Positions 10,532 to 20,854 are shown, counted from the stretch's first letter. The stretch is DNA of 64,000 bases from Myxococcales bacterium (GCA_037441385.1 JBBISH010000010.1:25615-89614); one strand, 5' to 3'. Numbers and translations are program-made. Notes: generated by a model from the letters alone, not told the origin.

Positions 10532-13500
10532 CTACTTGAACCACACTTCGCCCAGCGTGACCACCTGCTTCTTGGTCTTGAGCACCGCGGTGACGCCTTG
10601 GGTCGTCTGGTCTGGCTGACCCAGGTGGGTTTGGATGGTGGCGTTGATGAAGATCAGCGGGTTCTGCTGCACGCTGGTGCTGTCGTAATAGCTCGCCTGG
10701 ATCAAGTACTTGCCGGGGATGACCTGCTTGGCCTCGAACCGCTCGGGACCATAGCCGCCGGTCAAATCATCCAGCAACTGGCCGCCGGACTTCAGGATCT
10801 TGTGGCTGTAGTAGCACTTCTCGCCCAGCGGATCGGTGACCCACAGGTCGATGTCGGTGGCGTCGACGTTCCAGGTCAGGGTGACCCGCAGTTGGCCGGT
10901 GGGGGCCAGCAGGTACAGCTCGGACATGCGCTGGGTCAAGAAGTTGCTGATGGCGGGCTTGGCGCCGCTGGCCAAGACGCTGGCGGCAAACAGGGCGTAT
11001 TCTTCGCCGATCACCGTCTTCAAGCTCTTGAACTTGTTGTCCCAGGTCCCGGCCAGCGCCGCTTCGTAGAGCATGGCCGTGACCACGGGTCGGCTGAGCC
11101 CAATAGCCCCGGCCAGGTCGCGGTACGACTGCGGCTCGAACGGCCGCTTTTCCAGCACGTTCAGCAGGATGCCCGCGGCCAGCGGTCCCTCGTCCCACGC
11201 CTTGAGCTGGTAGCCGATGAGGCGCGCATACTCGGGGTCGCCGCTGAGGTTTTCCACCGGGGTCGACAGGGCGCGAATCGCGGCGCCGGTCTTGCCGGCC
11301 GTGCGCCGGGCGTCGGCTTCTTGGAACCACGGCAGCGGATCGAACGCGTCGACTTGGGCTTGCTTGGTCAGCGCTAGATAGCTGGCCGGCACCTCGCCCG
11401 CTTTGACCAGCGGGATCGGCGTAGTCGAGTCGGGCAGTTGCAGCTCGCCCTGCGGCGCCAGCGCCTGCAACTGGGCGTAGAACTGGCCGCCATTCAGCTC
11501 CGCCAGCTTCGACGTCGACTTGTAGTTCTGCAGCACGGCATCCAGGCGGTTCCAGGTGGTCCAGGCCTGGGCCGCCACCTTGTCCGCTAGACCCAGCAGC
11601 GCCGACAAGTCCGCATCTGCCAAAGCCTTGCTCTCGTCCACGATGTTGTACTTGGCGTACGCGGCCTCGCTCTCGAGCACCAGGAAGCTGGCCGCCGCGC
11701 TGGCCACGCGGAAGTGCTGCGACAGGGCCAGGGTCAGCTTTTCCAGTTTGGGGTCGTGGGCATCCGCCAGCAGCGCCACCGCGATCTCGGCCCACGCGCG
11801 CGGCGCCAACTGGCCCTTGGGCTGCAGATCCACTGCAAACTCCAAGGTCTTGGCGCCCAGGCCCGGCACGGTGCCGCTCACAATCACCTTGGCCGGTCCA
11901 AACTTGGTCACTCGCGCCGCCAACTGCAGCGAGCCACCGCTGAACAAGGTCGCCTGGCGGCCCGCCACCACCAAGTCCGCCAATTGCGCCCCCAGGGCAC
12001 CGTCGCCGACCACCTGCACCGAGTCGATGTGCAGCCCGGCGCCGTGGTGGGCCGTGGCGCAGGCCAGCACCGGATCGCCGCCCTCGCAGTTGAAAACGGC
12101 GCCCGATGACTGGACAAGTGCTTGATAAAGCGCACTGTTCTCAGAGCCGACGCCAATGCGGTAGCTGAAGAACCGCGCCTGCCACGGGGTCTCGCTTTGG
12201 TAGCGACCCAGCAGCGACGACAGGCCCACGTCGCCCCAATTCAGCGACCCGTCCGACAGCACGAACACGTCCAAGGTCTTATCGGCCGGCAGCGGCATCG
12301 GCGGCTTGGTGAGCGCGCGCAGGGCCGCGCCAAAATCCGTAGCCCCTTCCAGCACTAGGCCATCCAAGGCGTTCTTGGCCGCCTGCCGCCCCTCGGGCGT
12401 ATTGGGCAGCCAGGCCGCGCCCAGCCAGCGCGCCCCCACGTCAAAGGTGATGATCTGGAACTCCGTGATCTTGGGCGATTGCGCCAGCACACCCTCCAGC
12501 AACTTCATGCTCGACGCAAAGCGCTGGTGCTCGGACCGCGACGTATCGAGCAGGAACACCGCGCGCGGACTGTAGTTGTCGCCCGAGGTCAGCTCGTCGA
12601 GGATCGGTTGCAGGCGGATGTGGCTGTAGCCATGGCCGGTGGTGGGATCGGTGCCGGTGAGCACATCGACCTCGGTGGCGGCCGTGGCCAGGTCCCAGGC
12701 CAGCACCCCGCCTGCCAGCGGTCCGTCCAGGGCCACCTTGGCTACGCTGGCGGTCTTGCTGTCCTTGTTGACCACGCTGTCCAGATTGCCCACCCAAGTC
12801 ACGGCGCCGTTGGCGTCTTTCTTGGTCACGGAGGTGAACTCGAAGTGCTTGACTTGTCCGGACTTACTCGCCAGGTCCGTCTTGGGCACCGCGTAGGTGT
12901 AGCGGAGCTTGCCCTTGACCCGCGGCAGCGTCTGTTCGTAGGCGATGAGCACGCGGTTGTAGCCGTTGGCGGCAATGGGATAGACCTTGGCCTCAAAGGT
13001 GTTGGCGCCCACCACCTCGCCCAGCGCCGGATCGATTTTCTTGGCGATCTCGCCCTCGTAGGCCTGGGTCGCCTGCACCTGTCCGGCGATCTTCGCTTCG
13101 TGCAGCGTGCCCCACTGGCTCTGGTCGGCAAAGTTGGCGGTGTCCTCGGCCGACGTGGTCGCGACACTTTCGTCGTCCTTGCCCAGCAGCGGATCGCCTG
13201 GGCCAAAGAACTGGGGCGTCACCTTGGGTTGCCCAGCAAACATCGCGTAGTACGACACGCTGCTGTCGGGCGGCAGGTTGTAGCGGAACGTCCCTTGGAC
13301 CGTCTGGCTGGTCGGGTTGCGGTAGATGTGATCGACCAACGTGCGGGCGCGCAGGCCCTCGATCTGCACCGTCACCCGCACATCCACCAGCTCCAGCTTG
13401 CCTTGGCCGCCGATCGACACCTGGGCGAAGCTCGCGGCTTCCACAAGCTGGTTCCACACTTGCGCAGTCTGTTCGGCTTCACTGGGCACTGCGGCGCCCA

Positions 13501-13795
13501 TGTCGGCGCTGGCGTCCCAGCTGACGCTGTCCTGGGCCACGCTGGTGTCCGGCCCGTAGTTCCACGTTCCGGAGGAGTCGGCGGCGGACGTGTCCATACC
13601 GCCCCAGGTGGTGGTGTCCTTGGCCGTGCTCCAACCGCCGGACGCCAAGTCGGCCATGGCGGTGTCGCCCCCGGCGCTGGTGTCGGTCGTCGTGGACCAG
13701 CCCGTAGCGTTCGCGCCGGAGCTGCTGCCGGTGTCGCTGCAGCCCGAAGCCCAGGCGATCAGCGCGAATATGGCAATCCAGTGACGCTTATGCAT
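10532..13795 (-). CDS. VIT + VWA lipoprotein with TPR-like region and DUF2135/YfaP-like C-terminus
   Basis: GGAGG RBS before MHKRHW; lipobox ASGC; VIT RARTLVDHIYRN; LLDTSRS and VLSDG; LRVTLTWN..DIDLWVTDP..DDLTGGYGPE. Confidence 0.85.
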   Translation of the reverse strand: MHKRHWIAIFALIAWASGCSDTGSSSGANATGWSTTTDTSAGGDTAMADLASGGWSTAKDTTTWGGMDTSAADSSGTWNYGPDTSVAQDSVSWDASADMGAAVPSEAEQTAQVWNQLVEAASFAQVSIGGQGKLELVDVRVTVQIEGLRARTLVDHIYRNPTSQTVQGTFRYNLPPDSSVSYYAMFAGQPKVTPQFFGPGDPLLGKDDESVATTSAEDTANFADQSQWGTLHEAKIAGQVQATQAYEGEIAKKIDPALGEVVGANTFEAKVYPIAANGYNRVLIAYEQTLPRVKGKLRYTYAVPKTDLASKSGQVKHFEFTSVTKKDANGAVTWVGNLDSVVNKDSKTASVAKVALDGPLAGGVLAWDLATAATEVDVLTGTDPTTGHGYSHIRLQPILDELTSGDNYSPRAVFLLDTSRSEHQRFASSMKLLEGVLAQSPKITEFQIITFDVGARWLGAAWLPNTPEGRQAAKNALDGLVLEGATDFGAALRALTKPPMPLPADKTLDVFVLSDGSLNWGDVGLSSLLGRYQSETPWQARFFSYRIGVGSENSALYQALVQSSGAVFNCEGGDPVLACATAHHGAGLHIDSVQVVGDGALGAQLADLVVAGRQATLFSGGSLQLAARVTKFGPAKVIVSGTVPGLGAKTLEFAVDLQPKGQLAPRAWAEIAVALLADAHDPKLEKLTLALSQHFRVASAAASFLVLESEAAYAKYNIVDESKALADADLSALLGLADKVAAQAWTTWNRLDAVLQNYKSTSKLAELNGGQFYAQLQALAPQGELQLPDSTTPIPLVKAGEVPASYLALTKQAQVDAFDPLPWFQEADARRTAGKTGAAIRALSTPVENLSGDPEYARLIGYQLKAWDEGPLAAGILLNVLEKRPFEPQSYRDLAGAIGLSRPVVTAMLYEAALAGTWDNKFKSLKTVIGEEYALFAASVLASGAKPAISNFLTQRMSELYLLAPTGQLRVTLTWNVDATDIDLWVTDPLGEKCYYSHKILKSGGQLLDDLTGGYGPERFEAKQVIPGKYLIQASYYDSTSVQQNPLIFINATIQTHLGQPDQTTQGVTAVLKTKKQVVTLGEVWFK

Positions 13796-13859
13796 GACTT
13801 CCTCCCTGGGGGGCCGGGCGCGCGGGCGCCGGCGGCAGACGACGTGTGCCGTCCCAGTA

Positions 13860-13875
13860 CGCAAAGAGCGTGCCA
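13860..13875 (-). promoter_or_regulatory. sigma54 (-24/-12) promoter for the VIT/VWA operon
   Basis: Minus strand TGGCACG-CTCT-TTGCG matches TGGCACG-N4-TTGC, about 65 bp upstream of the ATG at 13795. Confidence 0.75.
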
Positions 13876-14120
13876 GCCGAGCTTCATTGCTAAGTCGTGC
13901 AAATAAATAGGAAGTTTGCTGGAAACCGCCGATTCGCGGTGTTGAGAAACGCGGCATGTCGAAAAATACAACACTTGCGCGTGTAGATTTTTGCTGCACT
14001 CCGCTGTGGTTGGGCGACTTGGCCCAGCCATGGCCGTGGCCTGGGCCTGGCTTGCGCAACCGCCGGCCTTGGATGGGCAAAGCACGGACCCCTGCTCGGG
14101 ATTCGCCCGCGCCCTGCGGA

Positions 14121-16172
14121 CTACCGGAGCCGGTCGAGCTCGGCCCTGCGTCGCCGCAGCCAGATCGCCGTCGCCACCGCCAGCAGCAGGGCCGCCACCT
14201 GCGCCTGCGGCGAACGCAGCACGCCCAAACCACCGCCATAGACCTTGCCGGTCAGGGTTGCGTCGCTGGGTGGCGGCTGCCAGCCGGTGGCCGGCTTCAA
14301 GACGGTGCCCGCCGGCAGCGACGGGAAACCGGGCTTGGCGCCGGCAATGGCCGTGTCGACCAGGTCGACCTGGGTGGGAGCGACCGGCTTGGCGCCCGCC
14401 ACCTCGTCCAGCAACTCGACCTGCAAGGCCGCCGGCGCCGAAGAGAATCGCGAATCCAGCAGCAGGCCGCCGTTCACCGTCAGCCAGCTGCCCAGGTCCG
14501 GCACCGTCACGCGAACCCGGTTCGACGGATACCAACCATCGGTGCAGGCGTAGTTGGCCCGGACCGTGTGCTCGTTGTCCACGTTGGGCAGCTTGGAATC
14601 AAAGGCGAATTGCGGATCGCGGTCCATCTCTTCGGGCGAGATGAACAGCGCCAGGCGAGTCAGCGTGCGCTGTTGCTGGAGCGCCGCGAGCATCGGCGCG
14701 ATCGCCGCCGTTTCCGGAGGTGGCGGCGGCAGATACGCGGCCATCCGCTGGACCAGCAGCTTGCCCTGGACGGGCAGATCGTAGAGCAGCCCATCGTAGG
14801 CCCGCAGCCCGGTCTTGAGCTTGAGGTAGACGTCCACGGGGTTTTTCTGCTGCTTCAGGGTCGCCGCCAGATGCACCACCGGCTCCAGGATCGCCACGCT
14901 GGCCGCGTCGATCGGCACGTCGTACTGCTGTAGAAACGCGGTAAGGCCCGCCAGATTCTCCACTTTGGCCAGATCGCCGGCCGCTGACCGTGGCAGGCGG
15001 AGCGCCGGACCAGGCTCGTACAGTCCCAGCTGGTCGCCGTACTGCGAGCGCCGCTGTGCCATTTCGAGGAGGCTGGGCACCTGCAAGCTGTTGATCGGCC
15101 CCGAGAATTCGGTGGTGAACGCATGCCCGCCGGCCTCGTCGATCGCCGCCGACAGCACCTGCTGGTAGTTGCTGGCGCCGCCCAACCAGTTGAGCCGCAC
15201 CGGGTTCGGCGTGACGTGCAGCGTGTTCTTGGGCAGGGCCCGCGCCGGACCCGCCAGGAACACCACCACCGACGTGTCTTGCACCGCGGCGATCGAGGTC
15301 AGCCGCAGCGGCACGCAGGCCTCTACCGTGGGCATTTCCAGGGCAATCGGCTTGATCTCTTGCACGCCGGTCGGGTTGGCCAAGCGCACCGCCAAGAACA
15401 CGTCGCCCTTGGCCACATGCGCCGCGATGATCGGCCCAGCTTCGGCCGGCACCGCGTAGCCGTTGCTGTTCAGCCACGCAGTCAGCGCTTTGGGGTCTTT
15501 GCTGTCGATGACGACGTAGTCGTACGGGCCGGTCTGGTCGTGCGCTTTCAGTTGCACTTTGGACGAGCGCTTCAGGTCGCTCTCGTCGGCTTGCGCCGCC
15601 GCTGGGTAGCCGCCGGCGCCCGAGGTGTAGCTCTCTTGGCTGCTGACCGAGTACCCCGCGCCGCTAGAAGTCAGGCTGCCGCCACCGCAACCGCCAGCGT
15701 AGGCCACGTCTTGCGATTCGGGCCGAGGCGGAGCGCTCCTGCTGGTCCCGATCCGCGAATCGGCCCGGCCGGGGCTCTTCGCGGGCGGCTGCCAGTATTC
15801 GCAGTTCTCGTCGCTGCCCTGCTGCACCTGGAAGCGGGGCAGCGTCGCTAGGTCCAGCCGGTCGAACAGCCACGACTCGCCCACGCCCACCTTGGGCACC
15901 TTGGGCAGTGGCAGCACCCAAGCAAACGCCGAGGACGGCCCGTTGTAGCGAATCTCGATCCAAACCCGCGTCACGCCGTGTTCGGGGTCGGCGACGAACA
16001 GCACGCGCTCGCCCACCTGCTGGATGGGTGCCGGAGCCGGGGTGGCGCTGGCGCCCATGTCGGGACCAAAGCAGCCACCGCAAGCCCAGGCTGGCGCGGG
16101 GAGTCCCCCAATCACGGTCGTGGCCAGGGCCAGGCCCAGGGTCGACCTGGCAAGAATTCGGCGCAGGATCAT
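14121..16172 (-). CDS. DUF2330-family secreted protein with C-terminal membrane anchor
   Basis: AAGGAGG RBS; signal peptide AWA-CGGCF; FAWVLPLP, GPYDYVVI, WLNSNGY, PLRLTSIAA; hydrophobic tail followed by RRRR. Confidence 0.85.
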   Translation of the reverse strand: MILRRILARSTLGLALATTVIGGLPAPAWACGGCFGPDMGASATPAPAPIQQVGERVLFVADPEHGVTRVWIEIRYNGPSSAFAWVLPLPKVPKVGVGESWLFDRLDLATLPRFQVQQGSDENCEYWQPPAKSPGRADSRIGTSRSAPPRPESQDVAYAGGCGGGSLTSSGAGYSVSSQESYTSGAGGYPAAAQADESDLKRSSKVQLKAHDQTGPYDYVVIDSKDPKALTAWLNSNGYAVPAEAGPIIAAHVAKGDVFLAVRLANPTGVQEIKPIALEMPTVEACVPLRLTSIAAVQDTSVVVFLAGPARALPKNTLHVTPNPVRLNWLGGASNYQQVLSAAIDEAGGHAFTTEFSGPINSLQVPSLLEMAQRRSQYGDQLGLYEPGPALRLPRSAAGDLAKVENLAGLTAFLQQYDVPIDAASVAILEPVVHLAATLKQQKNPVDVYLKLKTGLRAYDGLLYDLPVQGKLLVQRMAAYLPPPPPETAAIAPMLAALQQQRTLTRLALFISPEEMDRDPQFAFDSKLPNVDNEHTVRANYACTDGWYPSNRVRVTVPDLGSWLTVNGGLLLDSRFSSAPAALQVELLDEVAGAKPVAPTQVDLVDTAIAGAKPGFPSLPAGTVLKPATGWQPPPSDATLTGKVYGGGLGVLRSPQAQVAALLLAVATAIWLRRRRAELDRLR

Positions 16173-16292
16173 GGACGCCTCCTTGGGGATCATGAAGTTC
16201 TCTGTGACTTTTGCGACCACCCGGCGCCGTGTCAAATGGCGCGCTCCGCAGCATGACATTTTGATCCGACTGTACACACCCAGCCGAAATCA

Positions 16293-16357
16293 TACGGATT
16301 CCGTCTAGATCGGCTGGTGAATTCCGGCAATTCTTCGGGCCCGAACCGGGGTTCGTA
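16293..16357 (+). mobile_element. Short (65 bp) internally deleted copy of the 132-bp repeat
   Basis: TACGG...GGCAATTCTTCGGGCCCGAACCGGGG-TTCGTA: 5' half joined directly to the 3' terminus. Confidence 0.6.
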
Positions 16358-16442
16358 TCAGAGCGAGTTCTAGCGAGCTGGGCGGCCGCAACTCCTGGGC
16401 GCACTGCGTCCCTGGGGGAGCGGAACGGCTTGCCTGCCCTCC

Positions 16443-16574
16443 TACGCGCCCCACCTGATTCGCGCCTACACGGCTTTTCTGACCCGCCCTGCAACTGGCG
16501 AGAATCAGGCGGGGACCCCGGTTCGGGCCCGAAAAATCGCCCGTGTTTTCGATCCGATTCGGATGGAACTGGGA
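16443..16574 (-). mobile_element. 132-bp MITE/ERIC-like dispersed repeat, full copy
   Basis: Gapless reverse-complement match to 28624-28755. Confidence 0.8.
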
Positions 16575-16653
16575 TCAGCCGTCCGGGGCACTTGCCTGGC
16601 AAAACCAGCAAGATATTCTCGCACTCGCCGGTGATCCGGTTGCGAGAGTCGTC

Positions 16654-16869
16654 ATGCCCCACGCTTGGATGCGCAAGCTCCTGGTCGCGCTGCTGACCGC
16701 CGGCACGCTGGCCGCGCCCATCGAAGCCCGCGCCGACCTGAAAAAGGCCTGGAGCGAGGTCAAGGCTTCGGCCAAGTCCGGCAAGGACAAGGTGAAGCAG
16801 AAGACCAAGAAAGTGCTGAAAAAGGCCAAGGAAAAGGCCAAGAAGGTCAAGAAGGCCGTGGTGGACTAG
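16654..16869 (+). CDS. Small secreted Lys-rich protein
   Basis: Signal peptide MRKLLVALL...ARA then K/A-rich helix; GC3-biased codons; start 16654 or 16669. Confidence 0.65.
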   Translation: MPHAWMRKLLVALLTAGTLAAPIEARADLKKAWSEVKASAKSGKDKVKQKTKKVLKKAKEKAKKVKKAVVD

Positions 16870-16875
16870 AAGGGG

Positions 16876-17916
16876 CTACATGCACGGGCCGGCGACAATG
16901 AGCTTGCCGCTGCAGTTGGAGTACCACCCCTCGGACGAGGTGCCGACGCCTTCGCATAGTGCGCTGCAATTCTTGCACTGATCCCATGCGGGGAAACCGC
17001 CCGCCGTGTAGATGGGCGTCATGCTGCAACTATCGAACCAGCCTTCGCTCTTTGAGCCGATCGCGCCGCAGATCGGCTCGCAAACCATCGATGCGTCGCT
17101 GCCAGCGTCGTAGGGCGGCACGTCGTAGCCGCCGCTGTCGTAGCTGCCGGCGTCGTAGCTGCTGCCGTCACTGCCCCAGGCGTCGCTGCTGGCGCAGGTG
17201 CCGCAGCCAAACTGGCTGACTTCGTTCACGCAGGTAGAGTCCCAGGCGGTGTTGCAGCAGTATATGTCCTTGCTGCAGACGCAACTCGCGATGGCGCCAT
17301 CGCTGCAACTGGGGGCGCCGCTTTGACAGCAGCTGTGGGCGCTCGCGTCTGGCGGTACGTCCGGCCAAACGTCGTTGCCGTTCAGGTCGTAGCTGGCGTC
17401 GCCCTGCCAGGTGTCGGAGGGCCACGTGTCGGAGGGCCACGTGTCGTAGGACCCCGAGTCGTAGGGCCACGTCTCGTAGGGCCAGGTGTCGTACGAGCCC
17501 GTGTCGTAGGATCCTGTGTCGTAGGGCCAGGTTTCACCCTGCCACGCGTCGCCCTGCCACGTGTCGTACGGTTTGGGGGCGTCCTCGCTGTTGGCGTCCC
17601 AGGGGTTGCCGTCTTGCAGGACCACGTCGGCCGAGCCGCTATCGTAGCCGCCGCTGTCCCAAACCGTGGAATCCGTGCTGCCGGCGTCGGAGCCTTGGCC
17701 GTCGCTGCCCAGGCTGTCCTCGCTCAGCGTGTCTGGGGTGGCGCCGCCGTCGCCGCTGGGGGTGGCGTCGCCGGCCAGACCTGCGCCGTCCTCGCTTTGA
17801 TAGGGGTAGTAACCGCCATTGCTTACGTTGACACCGCAGCCGACCGCCGCCACCGCGAGCGCCAGCAGTGCGGCGTGGGACAGCCAGGACAGGGGGTTCC
17901 AGGGAGCGCTACGCAT
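16876..17916 (-). CDS. Lipoprotein with acidic (Y/S)DTW(P)/YDxGS pentapeptide repeats and Cys-rich C-terminal domains
   Basis: Lipobox AVGC; repeats around 17400-17570; C..D.YCC..AWD..C domain and twin C..(I/V)G..SEGW(F/Y) motif. Confidence 0.8.
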   Translation of the reverse strand: MRSAPWNPLSWLSHAALLALAVAAVGCGVNVSNGGYYPYQSEDGAGLAGDATPSGDGGATPDTLSEDSLGSDGQGSDAGSTDSTVWDSGGYDSGSADVVLQDGNPWDANSEDAPKPYDTWQGDAWQGETWPYDTGSYDTGSYDTWPYETWPYDSGSYDTWPSDTWPSDTWQGDASYDLNGNDVWPDVPPDASAHSCCQSGAPSCSDGAIASCVCSKDIYCCNTAWDSTCVNEVSQFGCGTCASSDAWGSDGSSYDAGSYDSGGYDVPPYDAGSDASMVCEPICGAIGSKSEGWFDSCSMTPIYTAGGFPAWDQCKNCSALCEGVGTSSEGWYSNCSGKLIVAGPCM

Positions 17917-18079
17917 CGGTTACCTCGGCAGGCCGGTCCATCGGTGCCGACGGCAGTGTAGCACAACCGCGCCTTGTTGGTGGGCGACGTCCTCGCCGCG
18001 CCGATGCAGCGTGCTATCTTGGGCGTGGCGGGTGCAGCAAGCCGCGGTCGATGCCAGGTCCGCGGCGCAAAGGTGCGCC

Positions 18080-19408
18080 ATGACCCGCAACAAAATCTTG
18101 ATCCTGGGCGCCGCCGGCCGCGACTTCCACAACTTCAACATGGTCTATCGCCACGATCCGGCTTGCGAGGTGGTCGGCTTTACCGCCGCGCAAATCCCTG
18201 GAATCGACACGCGGATCTACCCGGCCGAGCTGAGCGGTCCGCTCTACCCTACCGGTCTGCCGATTTGGCCCGAGCGCGATTTTGAGGCGCGTGTGCGCGA
18301 ACTGGAGGTGGACACCGTGGTCTTGGCCTATTCGGACCTGGCCCACGCCGAGGTGATGCACCTGGCCTCGCGGGCGCTGGCGGCTGGCGCGAATTTCCAG
18401 CTGTTGGGGCCGCGGCACACCATGGTTCGGGCTGAGCGGCCCGTGATCGCCGTGTGCGCGGTTCGGACCGGCTGCGGCAAGTCGCAGACCACTCGCTTTG
18501 TTGCGGACCGCTTGCGCGAGCACGGCAAAAAGGCCGTGATCGTGCGGCATCCCATGCCCTACGGCGACCTGGCCGCCCAAGCGGTGCAGCGCCTGGCCAG
18601 CTATGCCGACCTTGAGCGCCACGCCTGCACCATCGAAGAGCGCGAAGAGTACGAACTGCACATCGATCGCGGCTACGTGGTGTATGCCGGCGTGGACTAC
18701 CAGGCCATCGTGCGCCGCGCCACGCAAGAGTGCGACGTGTTGCTCTGGGACGGCGGCAACAACGACTTGCCGTTTGTCCAACCAGACTTGTGGGTGACCG
18801 TGGCCGATCCCCTGCGCCCTGGGCACGAGACGGAATTCTATCCCGGCGAAGCCAACTTGCGGGCCGCGGACGTGGTCGTCGTGGCCAAGGCGACCGATGC
18901 GCCTGCGGACCAGGTGCAAGCAGTGCGGAGGGCCGCTCAGCGGGCCAATCCCAGCGCCACGGTCCTGAGCGCTGGGTCGCGTCTGGTGGTGCCCGACGGC
19001 GAGCAACTCCGCGGCAAGCGCGTGCTTTTGGTCGACGATGGGCCGACCTTGACCCACGGCGGCATGCCCTTTGGCGCGGCGCAGGTAGCGGCTCTGCGCT
19101 GCGGCGCCGGCGAACTGGCGGATCCGCGGCCGCACGCGGTGGGGTCGATTGCACAGACCTTTAGCAAGTATCCGCACTTGCAGCATACGTTGCCGGCCAT
19201 GGGCTACAGCGCGAGCCAGGTGGCCGAGCTCGAGGCGACCATCGCGGCCACCCCGTGCGATGTGGTGGTGTACGCGACCCCAATCGATCTGGGGCGGCTG
19301 CTGCGGCTGACCAAGGCGGCGGTGCGGGTGCAGTACGAGTACGAGGAGCTGGAGCAGCCCGGCCTGGGCGGGATTATCGATGATTTTGCCCGACTTTTGC
19401 ACAGTTGA
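18080..19408 (+). CDS. Cyclic 2,3-diphosphoglycerate synthetase-like P-loop protein (predicted GTPase, COG2403-type)
   Basis: GAAGRDFHNFN, AVRTGCGKSQT, RHPMPYG, TIEEREEYE, DGGNND, DGPTLTHGGM. Confidence 0.85.
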   Translation: MTRNKILILGAAGRDFHNFNMVYRHDPACEVVGFTAAQIPGIDTRIYPAELSGPLYPTGLPIWPERDFEARVRELEVDTVVLAYSDLAHAEVMHLASRALAAGANFQLLGPRHTMVRAERPVIAVCAVRTGCGKSQTTRFVADRLREHGKKAVIVRHPMPYGDLAAQAVQRLASYADLERHACTIEEREEYELHIDRGYVVYAGVDYQAIVRRATQECDVLLWDGGNNDLPFVQPDLWVTVADPLRPGHETEFYPGEANLRAADVVVVAKATDAPADQVQAVRRAAQRANPSATVLSAGSRLVVPDGEQLRGKRVLLVDDGPTLTHGGMPFGAAQVAALRCGAGELADPRPHAVGSIAQTFSKYPHLQHTLPAMGYSASQVAELEATIAATPCDVVVYATPIDLGRLLRLTKAAVRVQYEYEELEQPGLGGIIDDFARLLHS

Positions 19409-19435
19409 GCCGGGTGCGCAGGGCCGCTTGCCGCA

Positions 19436-20590
19436 CTACTCCAGGTTGCGACCGTCGACCTCGGCGCCCCGCGCCAGCCAACGCTCGGCGGCCCGCTGCC
19501 CGGCGGTGTACATGGCCAGCATCGCGTTGCGCTCAAAGTACAGGTACGACCCGGCGTCGAAGGGCTCGGCCTCGTCGGGGCGGATGGCGCGCAACAGTTC
19601 GATCTCGCGCAGCCTGGGGTCACCGTGGCGGCGGGCCAATTCGTTGCGATCCAGCAGCAGCTTGCGGTCGGTGTTGTAGGCGTTCTCCAGGAACGTGTCG
19701 GCCAGGCGCTCGATGGCATTGCCCATGGTTTTGACGGGTTGTGGGGCATGGTTGGGCGGCATCGTCACCAGCACCGGCACGATCTGCCGCGCGCCCAGGG
19801 CCACCGCCGGCGCCAGCGGCGTATTGACCAGCACACCGCCGTCCCACAGCGTCTGCGTGCCCACCTCTACGGGATTGAACAGGATCGGGATCGACGCGCT
19901 GGCCAAAATCATGTCCAGCGACAGCGCCGGCTCGTAGCGGTAGTGGCCCGACGCGGTAATCGCCTTGTCTGGCTTGTGGTTGACGATGCGCACGACCTTG
20001 CCGGTCTGGATGTCGACCGTGTTGATGGCCAGCCGCACGGGCGTATCGCGCAGCTCGCGGGCGCCGATGGCCTTGGCAATCCGCTCGCGCACCAATTCGG
20101 TCGAAAACAGGTACGAGGTCTGGATGCCCGCGAGCAAGCTCGACAGGTTGTCAAAGCGTGCGGTCATCAGGAATTCCAGCAGCATCGCCAAACGGCCGCT
20201 TTCGCGGTACCAGCTGTGCTTGCGGACCAGATCCACGGCGACCAGGGCCTCGCGGCGGCGCAGCGACAGGCTGCGGGTCGGCTCGCGGACGGCCAAGCGC
20301 AGCAACTCGCGGCCCAGCGAGCGAAAGAACTCCTCGTTGGCCTTCACCGGCGGTCGGTCGGCAAGATCCAGCCAAAAGTCCAGGATTTGTGCCGGCTTCA
20401 GGCCTGCGGCGATCAGCGCACCATTCAGCGCGCCGGCCGATGTGCCGCTGATGACGTCGGGCTGGCGGCCCAGTCCGCGCGAGTCGACGTACAGGGTGTG
20501 CCAGACGCCGGCTTGGAATGCGCCGCGCGCGCCGCCGCCCGACAGGACGAGGCCGATGGGTTTTTCTGGGTGGAGGGCAAAGCGGTTCAT
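19436..20590 (-). CDS. Patatin-like phospholipase
   Basis: GGGARG, GTSAG nucleophile motif, SASIP, DGG. Confidence 0.9.
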   Translation of the reverse strand: MNRFALHPEKPIGLVLSGGGARGAFQAGVWHTLYVDSRGLGRQPDVISGTSAGALNGALIAAGLKPAQILDFWLDLADRPPVKANEEFFRSLGRELLRLAVREPTRSLSLRRREALVAVDLVRKHSWYRESGRLAMLLEFLMTARFDNLSSLLAGIQTSYLFSTELVRERIAKAIGARELRDTPVRLAINTVDIQTGKVVRIVNHKPDKAITASGHYRYEPALSLDMILASASIPILFNPVEVGTQTLWDGGVLVNTPLAPAVALGARQIVPVLVTMPPNHAPQPVKTMGNAIERLADTFLENAYNTDRKLLLDRNELARRHGDPRLREIELLRAIRPDEAEPFDAGSYLYFERNAMLAMYTAGQRAAERWLARGAEVDGRNLE

Positions 20591-20802
20591 ACCGTGGTTA
20601 TAGCGCGCAAGCGCGCCACGGCAACTTTCCTGGCTTGGCCGGTCCGGCTGAGCGGTCGGGCGGCTGGGGCTGGCGACGACCACACAACCATGGCAATTGC
20701 GGCGCAACGCCAATTGACGGGTCCTGCGCCGATGCTACAGTGATTGGCGGGCGTTGGGCGCCTGGGCCAAGCGGCCCGCGGCGGCAGTCCGGCGCCACAA
20801 AG

Positions 20803-20854
20803 GGTCGCAATAAACGGTCGCAATAAACGGTCGCAATAAAGGGTCGCAACGAAG
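20803..20854. repeat. 13-bp tandem repeat x4 (GGTCGCAATAAAC)
   Basis: Two exact and two slightly diverged units between the divergent patatin and kinase genes. Confidence 0.9.

Noticed and set aside
20803..20854. Possible CRISPR or iteron array
   Set aside because: Units are contiguous with no spacers, only 13 bp long, and no cas or rep gene is nearby
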